Notes under the pieces: model-generated
Database searches by the model: none
Seen by the model: only the letters and a program-made list of their open reading frames with translations
Told to the model about the DNA's origin: nothing
Shown here: positions 27,461 to 42,555 of the stretch, in pieces
Layout of the letters: the number at the start of each line of letters is the position of its first letter
How positions within the stretch are numbered: position 1 is the stretch's first letter
Position numbers and translations under genes: made by a program
From: the human T2T-CHM13v2.0 reference genome, Homo sapiens
Strand: one strand, 5' to 3'
Length of the DNA: 64,000 nt
Assembly: GCF_009914755.1 (NCBI RefSeq)
Contig: NC_060933.1

Positions 27461-28367
27461 GGTGGAGGAGCCAAGATGGCCGAATAGGAACAGCTCCAGT
27501 CTACAGCTCCCAGCGTGAGCGAAGCAGAAGACGGGTGATTTCTGCATTTCCATCTGAGGTACCGGGTTCATCTCACTAGGGAGTGCCAGACAGTGGGCAC
27601 AGGTCAGTGGGTGTGTGCACCATGCACGAGCCAAAGCAGGGCGAGGCATTGCCTCACTTGGGAAGCGCAAGGGGTCAGAGAGTTCCCTTTCTGAGTCAAA
27701 GAAAGGGGTGACGGACTGCACCTGGAAAATCGGGTCACTCCCACCAGAATACTGCGCTTTTCTGACAGGCTTAAAAAACGGCACACCACGAGATTATATC
27801 CTGCACCTGGCTCGGAGGGTCCAATGCCCACAGAGTCTCGCTGATTGCTAGCACAGCAGTCTGAGATCAAACTGCAAGGCGGCAGCGAGGCTGGGGGAGG
27901 GGCGCCCACCATTGCCCAGGCTTGATTAGGTAAACAAAGCAGCCTGGAAGCTGGAACTGGGTGGAGCCCACCACAGCTCAAGGAGGCCTGCCTGCCTCTG
28001 TAGGCTCCACCTCTGGGGGCAGGGCACAGACAAACAAAAAGACAGCAGTAACCTCTGCAGACTTAAATGTCCCTGTCTGACAGCTTTGAAGAGAGCAGTG
28101 GTTCTCCCAGCACGCAGCTGGAGATCTGAGAACGGGCAGACTGCCTCCTCAAGTGGGTCCCTGACCCCTGAACCCCGGGCAGCCTAACTGGGAGGCACCC
28201 CCCACCAGGGGCACACTGACACCTCACATGGCAGAGTATTCCAACAGACCTGCAGCTGAGGGTCCTGTCTGTTAGAAGGAAAACTAACAAACAGAAAGGA
28301 CATCCACACCAAAAACCCATCTGTACATCACCATCATCAAAGACCAAAAGTAGATAAAACCACAAAG
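27461..28367 (+). promoter_or_regulatory. L1 5'UTR bidirectional promoter with intact YY1 site
   Basis: CAAGATGGCC at 27472-27481; sense and antisense promoters are established for primate L1 5'UTRs. Many CpGs decayed to TG/CA. Confidence 0.8.
27604..27912 (-). CDS. ORF0: L1 antisense ORF0, 102-aa C-terminally extended form
   Basis: MVGAPPPASLPPCSLISDCCASNQRDSVG... within ORF-track 27604..27981; ATG at 27912-27910. Confidence 0.65.
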   Translation of the reverse strand: MVGAPPPASLPPCSLISDCCASNQRDSVGIGPSEPGAGYNLVVCRFLSLSEKRSILVGVTRFSRCSPSPLSLTQKGNSLTPCASQVRQCLALLWLVHGAHTH

Positions 28368-29384
28368 ATGGGGAAAAAACAGAACAGAAAAACTGGAAAC
28401 TCTAAAAAGCAGAGCGCCTCTCCTCCTCCAAAGGAATGCAGTTCCTCACTAGCAACGGAACAAAGCTGGATGGAAAATGACTTTGACGAGCTGAGAGAAG
28501 AAGGCTTCAGACGATCAAATTATTCTGAGCTACGGGAGGACATTCAAACCAAAGGCAAAGAAGTTGAAAACTTTGAAAAAAATTTAGAAGAATGTATAAT
28601 TAGAATAACCAATACAGAGAAGTGCTTAAAGGAGCTGATGGAGCTGAAAACCAAGGCTCGAGAACTACGTGAAGAATGCAGAAGCCTCAGGAGCCGATGC
28701 GATCAACTGGAAGAAAGGGTATCAGCGATGGAAGATGAAATGAATGAAATGAAGCGAGAAGGGAAGTTTAGAGAAAAAAGAATAAAAAGAAATGAGCAAA
28801 GCCTCCAAGAAATATGGGACTATGTGAAAAGACCAAATCTACGTCTGATTGGTGTACCTGAAAGTGATGGGGAGAATGGAACCAAGTTGGAAAACACTCT
28901 GCAGGATATTATCCAGGAGAACTTCCCCAATCTAGCAAGGCAGGACAACGTTCAGATTCAGGAAATACAGAGAACGCCACAAAGATACTCCTCGAGAAGA
29001 GCAACTCCAAGACACATAATTGTCAGATTCACCAAAGTTGAAATGAAGGAAAAAATGTTAAGGGCAGCCAGAGAGAAAGGTCGGGTTACCCTCAAAGGGA
29101 AGCCCATCAGACTAACAGCGGATCTCTCGGCAGAAACCCTACAAGCCAGAAGAGACTGGGGGCCGATATTCAACGTTCTTAAAGAAAAGAATTTTCAACC
29201 CAGAATTTCATATCCAGCCAAACTAAGCTTCATAAGTGAAGGAGAAATAAAATCCTTTACAGACAAGCAAATGCTGAGAGATTTTGTCACCACCAGGCCT
29301 ACCTTAAAAGAGCTCCTGAAGGAAGCACTAAACATGGAAAGGAACAACCGGTACCAGCCGCTGCAAAATCATGCCAAAATGTAA
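28368..29384 (+). CDS. ORF1: L1 ORF1p (RNA-binding chaperone), intact 338 aa
   Basis: Full-length MGKKQNRKTG...NHAKM with REKG, ARR and YPAKLS motifs. Confidence 0.95.
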   Translation: MGKKQNRKTGNSKKQSASPPPKECSSSLATEQSWMENDFDELREEGFRRSNYSELREDIQTKGKEVENFEKNLEECIIRITNTEKCLKELMELKTKARELREECRSLRSRCDQLEERVSAMEDEMNEMKREGKFREKRIKRNEQSLQEIWDYVKRPNLRLIGVPESDGENGTKLENTLQDIIQENFPNLARQDNVQIQEIQRTPQRYSSRRATPRHIIVRFTKVEMKEKMLRAAREKGRVTLKGKPIRLTADLSAETLQARRDWGPIFNVLKEKNFQPRISYPAKLSFISEGEIKSFTDKQMLRDFVTTRPTLKELLKEALNMERNNRYQPLQNHAKM

Positions 29385-29447
29385 AGACCATTGAGACTAG
29401 GAAGAAACTGCATCAACTAACGAGCAAAATCACCAGCTAACATCATA

Positions 29448-33274
<3,827 letters not shown>

Positions 33275-34550
33275 ACAGTGAGATCACATGGACACAGGAA
33301 GGGGAATATCACACTCTGGGGCCTGTTGTGGGGTGGGTGAGGGGGCAGGGATAGCATCGGGAGATATACCTAATGCTAGATGACGAGTTAGTGGGTGCAG
33401 CGCACCAGCATGGCACATGTATACATATGTAACTAACCTGCACAATGTGCACATGTACCCTAAAACTTAAAGTTAATTAAAAAAAAAATGCTGTTCACGT
33501 CATATGAGTTCTGATTAAAATTGTTAAGACATATATGTTTTTTAAATTTTGGCTTTTAAGGTGATACGGTACTCATACCAGTAGGTTTGGGAAAGATGAG
33601 GATGTACTATGTTGCGGTTCATTATTAATTTTGCTTTATTTTATGGTAATTATGCAAATTCATGTTAACCTATTGCTTCAGAAATATAAAGCAAATATGA
33701 CATAAGCTAATAAAAACTTCACAAAATCCTACCAATGGCTCCCAAATTACATATCAATATGATAGTATGTAATAGCGTTAGGTGTTCTAGAACTTCATAA
33801 TTTTTTATGTGATTTTGCTTCTCAATTCTTTCAATTCTCAAATGTAGAAATCTTCAAACAGTAGGAGTTAAGGTGAAATTTCAAAATTCATGCTCAAGAA
33901 ACATGGGGTGAAATAAGTTTTTTAAACAATATTGTCAAAGCTATTTTTGTTACTTTAACTATCCCCATCCCCTTAAACACAACAACCCTGTACACATTTT
34001 TTCTCCTTGTTTGACCAATAGAAAACAAGTTACACATTTTAAAACATTTTTATAGCTGTTTTTTACCAATTTGTTCTACTGTATATAAGTTCATACAGAA
34101 AACTCTTTTAATATAACTTCATACCTATCATCTCTTAATTCACAATAAATTTGACAGGAGGTATGTTGTTGTCAGCAGCTAAGAGCAGCCAAATAAAACC
34201 TAGTGATATCATATAAAAAATAAAATACAACTGAGACTTGATCAGCTTGCTGTTGTGCATTGCTGAATTTGTACTGAAAACTGGAGCCTTTTCAGTGCAG
34301 CAGCTTTTATCATGATTTGACACATTTTAAAAGAAATGTGCTCACTTATTAAAGGTGCTAACAAACTTACCCAAAACATTCTAAAACTAAGTCTAATAGG
34401 AAGAGAAATTCATTCTAACTTTAGTCCACAGAACATTCATCTTTTAAACATAGCAGTCTAATAGACATCTATAATTCTACTTACCTGTCTTAACCATCTA
34501 TTTTTTTTCTTCATTGCCCCAGGTTGTATTATAAATCTCAAAACCGTAAT

Positions 34551-34678
34551 CTGTCTCTATCTCTCTCTGTCTCTCTCTCTGTCTCTGTCTCTCTCTCTCT
34601 GTCTCTGTCTCTCTCTCTCTCTCTATGTCTCTCTCTCTCTCTCTGTCTCTGTCTCTCTCTCTCTCTCTCTCTCCCTCC

Positions 34679-34719
<41 letters not shown>
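34551..34719. repeat. Compound (CT/CTGT)n-(TG)n microsatellite
   Basis: ~130 bp pyrimidine-rich tract followed directly by ~19 TG units. Confidence 0.97.
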
Positions 34720-34720
<1 letters not shown>

Positions 34721-35899
34721 ATTGCCTTGGAAAAGTTTTTTCCCCAGAAATAACATTCGCCCCCTAAAGTGCTGAACATTTTTGTATTCTGTAACTAAAT
34801 GTGTTAGACACCAGCTAAAACACACATATATTTCCACTTCTGAGGTAACAACAAAAGCTTTCTCAAGGAGAACAAGTGAAGGTGGGTCTGCAAATAATAT
34901 ATGGATCCTTTCTCACTTCACAGGTGGACAGAGATCCCTAGAGATTTCTCTGTACTTCTCTGGAACTTGGTTCTGCATGCTGATCAGCAGGCTCCAGGAG
35001 GGTTCACAGTGAAGGATCGAAACCCTAGGCTAAGAGAGATTGCTTTTGCGTAGTATCTGCACGTAATACTCACACTGTACTCTTTGGGAAATGTGACTTG
35101 CATTAAGGTATCTGTATGTGTGCATACAGAAAAAAACATCTATCACCAGAGGTTTGATTTATTGTTGCCAGCGTGAGTATCATCATGCTACACAAATGTG
35201 CAAGAAAACCTTAAACTGCCCCAGGTGTTGCTGGCTTGAAAGAGAGTGATACACATGAACTGAGAGATTATGTGATTTCCAGATTCCCAGGATGTTACAA
35301 TGACACTTACAGCATTTAGTTAGATATTTAATCACTTCTAGTGTCTATACAGAGCTATTGATCTAGAAATAGATTATGGAATTATCTCCAGAAGAAAGCA
35401 ATCAATTGTGAATACTTCATCCATGCAGTTGCTAAAATGTCTTAATTGTCATACAACTGCCACAAAGATATTTGCTTCTGGCTATTATAAACTAAGCATG
35501 CAAAGTGGTCCAATATACATTACAGATGTAGAGATTTTTTTAAAAAAAATCATTGAATATCATGATGTTCCTCTAGTTCCAAGCAGGTGTATTTCTCAAT
35601 CATTTCTCCCTTTGTATTTTGAAAGACATGACCTCCTAGGTTTGTAGACCCATACCCATGAGATATTGTAACATGTATAAACTCAATCCTCCAAACTCAC
35701 TTATTAGATATTGTTCTTTCTGGCAGCTACAGAAACTGTCTCTGGGAAAGTTGAATGAGTGCCTTATTGTCACTCTGTTGGTCAGTAGCAGCAAGGCACA
35801 AACTCCAGGTCAATCTGTTTAATCATAAAATTGCTGCTTTTAACCACTGTACCATGTAGCTGTTTCTTCATGGGAAAAAATTTTAGGTTAGATAAGAAC

Positions 35900-36195
35900 T
35901 TCCACAATCCTAAGCAAAACGTTTCAGTTGTAAGGAAATTGAGAAATCACTTAATCAAATGTTCTACCACCTGAATTATCCCTTTTACCATATTTCTAAA
36001 TGATAATCACCTGGTCTCTGCCTGAATTATCCCCATGACAGGTGGTCACTTCTCCACTGTCAGACAGCTTTAATTATCAGAAAGTGCATCCTTCTATTGA
36101 GCAGAAATCTTGCCTCCCAGAAGCTCTTACTATTGGATCCTATTTCTAACCTCTGGAGAGATACTAAGCAAGTTTACTTCCTCTTCCACTGAGTG
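35900..36195 (-). mobile_element. CR1/L3 fragment
   Basis: CAGCTTTAATTATCAGAAAGTGCATCCTTCTATTGAGCAGAAATCTTGCCTCC resembles L3. Confidence 0.55.
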
Positions 36196-37439
36196 ATTAT
36201 ATTATTTCTTAGAACAGAAATATGGGGTAGGGGTAAAAACGGCTCTGAGAATTTTAAAAGGGCTACACACTAACTTCAAAGTAAAAATGTTTATTAATTA
36301 TTTAAATATACATATCTAGGCTCCTATGCAATCAATTTCACTAAATGAATGTGGCAATAATGCATTCAAGAATAGAATATATTAATATTATTTGTTGTAA
36401 TCTATCCCAGAAGCAGAGATCATGGTGAGCAATTGGGATAGCCAATAGTTAAAACAGATAAAATATATCTAGCTTTCTAATTTATGGTTCTTTCGGGTTT
36501 GCAAAGTGAGTTAAGCATACTTATTCTATAGGCTTAAAATTAACCATCTGCCAAATGGAAACAGTTGGAAAATACAACCTTTTATTAGTTAAACCTCTAA
36601 AAGTCTTTCAGATACAGAAATAAAGCCCCCCCCCCCAAAAAAGAAAGCACCAATACTTCTTGATCTTTTTAGGGATACAATTCTATTATATGGTCTATGT
36701 TGTGACTAATTTGGAGCAAATATTTAGTGTAGAATTAATTATATAAATCATGTATAACACTCATCATAGACATGTTGGTTTTTCTATATGACAAATATTC
36801 ACCCCAAAATACAATCCTAAATTTGTTGTGTTTTTAAAGTGAGACATATCTTTGATTAGAAACAACTATAACCATATAGTATAAGCAAGAATTGGGGTAT
36901 AGATAGTCTATGGAAACATTTTTACTTAGATAATGATATTTTTACCCTGAACAAATGAAAAGCAGAAATGTAGTAAATGATATTTCAACTAATAATGAGG
37001 CATCATTTTTCTTGTATTCTATAGAATCACTAACAGGTTCAGTGTTAACTTTAATTTTCTGTTAAAGTTTTTATAAACATCAGAGTGAAGAAGAGTGGGG
37101 AACTTATCATGGAGCATTAATTCTACAAATTTTGTGCATGGATTTTTCATTCATTGTTCCTAGCACCTAGTAGGGAATCAATACATATTAGCTACATTGA
37201 TCACATCAATTAATTAAATCAAATAAATCCAACAATTTAAAAAATGTGTACACATTCCTGGGATAGAAAAGGGTAACTTAATTAAGACTTTAAAAAGTTA
37301 CAGGTATTTTATTGCTTTAAAATCTAGACTAATTTCATAAAAAGGGTAGATCCAGAATGATTCATTTTTCTCTCCATCTAGACTATTATAACTACACCAA
37401 AACTATTTTATAATTTTTAGCTTGTAAAACAGGTTAGTA

Positions 37440-37670
37440 ATAACCATAACAGTAAAACTTATTGAGTTGTTACTATGTGTCAGGCACTATTTTAATTGAT
37501 TTACTTTAATTAACTAATTTAATTCTATGAAGAACATAATTATTATTATTTCCAATTCTAGATGGGAAAACTGAAGCCCACGAAGTTAAGTTACATCTCC
37601 AGGTCACAGCTAGTAAGTAAATTCTAATCAAGGAAGCCTGGCTCCAGGATTCACCTCAGCCACTGAGCAG
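37440..37670 (-). mobile_element. MIR
   Basis: TACTATGTGTCAGGCACT...GATGGGAAAACTGAAGCC. Confidence 0.8.
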
Positions 37671-37879
37671 TATCTCCTGTCATATATTACGGTGCCTAGC
37701 TCATAGCAGACTCTAAATCATTATTTTTTAATTGATCAGTCACAAATGGAGAGAATAATTCATGAGATACTGTGCTGAAGATATGATGAACTGTAACCAA
37801 CCCCTTTTCCACAGGTCTCAGGATGACAGCCCTTTAGTCAGGCAGCTCAGAATTCAGATACACCTTAGTTTTCACCCTG

Positions 37880-38090
37880 ACTGGGGAAGAAAAGAGTTGA
37901 GCCCATGACCTCTGGAACCAGGCATATGGGCTACAGGCAGAAAATGGAACTTCTCTGTGCTTCAGTTTCCTCATTTATGAAACGGGGATTATAGTGATGA
38001 AGTTGGTGGTGGCAGTGGTACCCAGACCACAGGGTTGACGTGAAGCACTACATACCTGGCACTTAGTAAACATTCTACAGGTCTTATTGT
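37880..38090 (+). mobile_element. MIR
   Basis: CTCTGTGCTTCAGTTTCCTCATTTATGAAACGGGGAT core. Confidence 0.7.
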
Positions 38091-39926
38091 CATGATTACA
38101 GCTCAACTTCTTTACCAGACTTCCTTCTTAGTATACAACTGCTGGAGGCTAGAAAATCTTTTTATTCATTCAAAAAAATAGGTTATTTGGGCTGATTTGC
38201 CTGTCTTGTAAAGGTTGAATCCAACTGCTGCTAAGGGGGAATCTGTGTTGAGTCTGTTCATTCTCATTAGCTGTTGTCAAGGCTTGATAATTCCAGATTG
38301 TTTTGAGACACCAGAGAGATTGAGGAGAATCACAGGATGCAAATTTCCTTGCGCAAGATGCCCTTGAAAATCAGCAGTTTTGCTGCCTGTTTCCTTTACC
38401 TAACCCAAACTTCTACTTACAAAAGAATCGACTGCAAAGAGGACATCTGTACCTCTCACGGTTTTGGATAGGGGATGAACAAAAGGCTCTTCACTTTGCA
38501 ATGTAGGGGAGAACTGAGGAGAAAGTCCCCCTGAGTTCCTGTCAGAGCTAGTCACAACTGCTTCATTTTTTCATTTTAACCCTCACTGGATGCAGACAGT
38601 GAATAGAATCTGGGACTAGATATCCAGAGCATACTAGACTCTCTACTTCTATACAGCATAATTTCTGGATCAAATTAACATCAATCTTCTTCATTGCCAA
38701 ACACAAAACAAACAAAAAGAAAACATTGGTCCCAGAGTAATACCATTTCCTGTCCCCACACACACCACACACATACCTGCCCTAACCCTGGCCCTAAAAT
38801 TACAAAAACACATGAAACAATTTGTTTTATAACTGTACAATCCAAAATATATTTTTAGCATGATATTCTTTTCATCTCAATCACTATCATTTGGGTGACA
38901 GAATGCAAATATATTTATGAAGCATACCACAAAATTAACATTTAAAAGAGAAACAAATAAGCAGCTGTTTTTTCTACCAAGTCCCTTTAGAATCCACTGA
39001 GAAACAAAAGACACAGTTACATACCCAATGTGTATAGTGAAGTTGTTGAGACACTGAGCATCTTCAGCAGTGGCTGACTGCTTAATGCGTAACACTTTTG
39101 TTTAGCCAAATTGCTTGACTTTGCAGGCATGCTTCCCTCTCAGAAACATATTACATATGATGGTGACCTTCCAAAATCAGTCCATAAGCACCAGTTTACC
39201 CTAGGGGCTGAGGCAGTGAGGTACAGCTGCAAGTAAATGACTGTAGAGATCTGGGTGTGAATTCTGCTTCTAGCCCTGGCTACTCATGTAGATTGAGGTT
39301 AATTACTTAATCTCTTTGAGCTTCAGTAAGATTATCTATAGAGCATGTACACTAAAACTTTTCCATTAGAGTTCTAGAAGGTAAGAGATCATGGTTGTAA
39401 AGTACTTAGTACAATTCTTAGTATATGGTATGAGCTCACAAAATGGTAGCCATTAATGTACCCATTAAACTGCATATAATGTATTATTTTATTAAGTAAG
39501 GCAGTGTTTTTGTTAAAATGAGAGAAATGAATTTCAAAATTCACTTTCAGATGCTAGAGCACTATTCCTTTAAACCGTCAGCCAGAGAAAGGACTCCATC
39601 TTTTATCATAGTCCTAAACTTTGCTTTCAGTAGAGGTAGTTGGGGATTAGAAGAGCATCTGATACATCAAGGAACCTATACCTGCAAAGTATAATTTAAC
39701 TTATACCTGAAAAGTACTATTTTCCCTTACCAGTGTGCTTTAAGCTTAGAATGTTTGCACATACAAACTGCCCCATGTCCTTCAGCTTTTTAGGATCATT
39801 CTTTTTTAAAAATTTCAAAGAAGCTGCTCTAAAACTCCTTTCTGCATGATCTTAAAAGCCCAGTGCCCTCCACAAGATTTTTGAAGGCACTGAAGAGACA
39901 CATATTCTCCTGTCCTTCTCCTGAAA

Positions 39927-40006
39927 GATGCCTGAAACCGCAGATAGTACCAAACCATGTATATGCCATTTTCCTTATACATGCATGCCTATGATAATGT
40001 TTAATT
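39927..40006 (-). mobile_element. Orphan MER44/Tigger7 fragment, inverted relative to neighbour
   Basis: Reverse-complement similarity to 40620-40691. Confidence 0.75.
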
Positions 40007-40234
40007 GTATTCCTTTTAACATTCCTTTAACCATATTCCTTTTCATATATTCCTGCTTCCCTTACACAGTCTCACCTATAGATGCTGCCTGCTTCCTGCC
40101 CCATCTTGCCCTCTATACTGGCCAGCACTTCTCTTCTTCTATTCCTGAGTATGACCTCCAAACACAACTCAGAATATATAGGAGTAACTCAGGAGGAGAC
40201 ACAAAATGGCACAAAAAACAACTAGATTTAAATA

Positions 40235-40739
40235 CAATAGTCCCCCCCTTATTTGTGGTTTAGCTTTCCATTGTTTCAGTTACCCATGGTCAACAGCTGT
40301 CCAAAAATATTAAATGGAAAAATCCAGACATAAAAAATTAATGCATTTTAAACTGTGTGCCATTCAGCTCCGTCCAACCTGGGATGTGAATTATCTCTTT
40401 GTCCAGTGGATCCACACTGTCTGTGCTACCTGCCTGTTAGTCATTTAGTAGCTGTTTTGCTTCAGATAAACTGCTGAGGTAAAGCAGTTCTTGTATTGAG
40501 GTAATGCTTATTTTACTTAATAAGCGGCCCCAAAGTGCAAGAGTAGTGATGATGGTATGTCATTATAATTAATATGTAATTATTAGTTATTGTTGTTCAT
40601 CTTACTTGCCTAATTTATGAATTAAACTTTTTCATAGGTATGTATGTATAGGGAAAAACATAGAGTTCGATATTATCTGTGGCCAGGCATCCACTGGGGG
40701 TCTTAGAACACATCTCTTGCAGACAACGGGAGACTACTG
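40235..40739 (+). mobile_element. MER44 (Tigger7-derived) DNA transposon
   Basis: TIRs CAATAGTCCCCCC / GGGAGACTACTG with TA TSDs. Confidence 0.88.
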
Positions 40740-41088
40740 TATTAGACATCTGATTTTAAACTTCTTCTTATGGGCAATGTGCTCTGATATTTTTCATCTT
40801 ATTCTATCCTATTCTATTTCGTTTTATTATATTGTATTTTTAAAATGCTGGGGCTACTACCAGATCACACAATTCCCTAATGAGTCATGACCTGAGATTT
40901 AACACACCTAATCTATCTGGAGCAGTCAGAAGTCACAGCAAAGGGCCTTGATTTTTGAACAAAAAAAAAAGCTATTTGCCTCTAAAAATTCATATGGGTC
41001 TTTTTGCAGATTGTGAAACCTAGATGTTCATTTAATTAATATGTTTTTTTCCATCCTTGTGACATATAATATTTCATTTCATTTACTT

Positions 41089-41160
41089 TTTATCGCAACT
41101 TTATAAGTTAGGTTTAACAGACATTTTATAGCAACTTTGTAAGTTAGGTTTAACAGACAT
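41089..41160. repeat. 36-bp tandem duplication (2 copies)
   Basis: TTTAT(C/A)GCAACTTT(A/G)TAAGTTAGGTTTAACAGACAT x2. Confidence 0.95.
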
Positions 41161-41297
41161 TTACAAGTTTCTCCATCTTTTAAAGATGAAGACACTGAAT
41201 CTCGGGTTGAGTGATTTTCTAAGGTCACACAGATAGTAACTGTTTCTGCTTTGAAAGCCAGACTCATTTACATCTATGCCCGCTGCACCACATAGGC

Positions 41298-41480
41298 CAT
41301 TGTTTCTCCAAAGGTGGTAGAGTACTGTCTGAATCTGAATTTCCTAGGTGCATAATACTTGCTAAAACATACAGATTCCTGGCTCTACCTTGATCTAGAG
41401 GATCAGAATATCTAAAGCTGGACGTGGAAATATGCATATGCAATTTCATAAAGGTCCACAGGGAACCAATATAAGCCAAA
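41298..41480. mobile_element. MER5A-like fragment
   Basis: CATTGTTTCTCCAAAG...CAGATTCCTGGCTCTACC..ATCAGAATATCT. Confidence 0.65.
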
Positions 41481-41513
41481 CTAGGTTTATCATTTCCCTT
41501 TAATGGTGTAAAT

Positions 41514-41600
41514 TGTGTGTGTATGTGTGTGTGTGTGTGCGCGTGCGCATGTGTGTGCACGTGTGTGTGTGCATGTGTGCGTGTTTGAGAGAGAGAGAGA
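41514..41600. repeat. Degenerate (TG/CG/CA)n plus (GA)n repeat
   Basis: Direct inspection. Confidence 0.9.
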
Positions 41601-41777
41601 GGACTTCTGAAAGCTTAAAGATTTCACTGTTTTTGCTTCAAAAGGATTTGAGAGAACCCAGAAGTCAAATACAAATAAAATTATACAATTATAGATAAAC
41701 CAAGAACAAAGATTGAGTAACAGAAGAATCAAAAGAAAAGAGGAACTTAGCCTAGAAGAGAAGTTATTTGGCTTTCC

Positions 41778-42079
<302 letters not shown>

Positions 42080-42339
42080 AGAAAAGTTATTTGACTTTGA
42101 CTTGGACTCTAATTCTTCTAGCAGTTAAGATAAAAATAAAACAGTATTTTGAAAAGTGTTTTATTCTAACAAGACTAATTTGGTTCTAATTCTCCCAGCA
42201 TCTGAGCAAAAGAAAAAATAGATGTCTGTCGCATTTTTATTTTCTGAGTAAGAACTTAAGGGAACTGCTTATACATATGGTCAAAGTGTAGAGTGTGAAA
42301 ACCTTCATGTCTCTTCCCCTTCTCCAGCATAATCATATA

Positions 42340-42555
42340 ATTATTATAATAACATCAATTGAGTATCTACGGCAGGCCAAAACAAGATTATCCTATTTAA
42401 TATTCATAAACCCCTCAGGATGCATCCTCCATTTTGTGGATAAGGAAACTCAAGTTTAGAGATTAGAAGCGTCTCTTCCAAAATGTACACAGTAAGTGGA
42501 AAAACTGGGATTCAAGCCCAGATTGTTTGTCTCCAGAGCCTATGCTCTGCTTACT
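42340..42555 (-). mobile_element. MIR
   Basis: CCATTTTGTGGATAAGGAAACT...GGGATTCAAGCCCAG. Confidence 0.75.

Noticed and set aside
34498-34837. ER/HT/LS/VC-repeat ORFs (also at 41.3-41.7, 54.3-54.5 and 62.5 kb)
   Set aside because: Translations of stop-free microsatellites.
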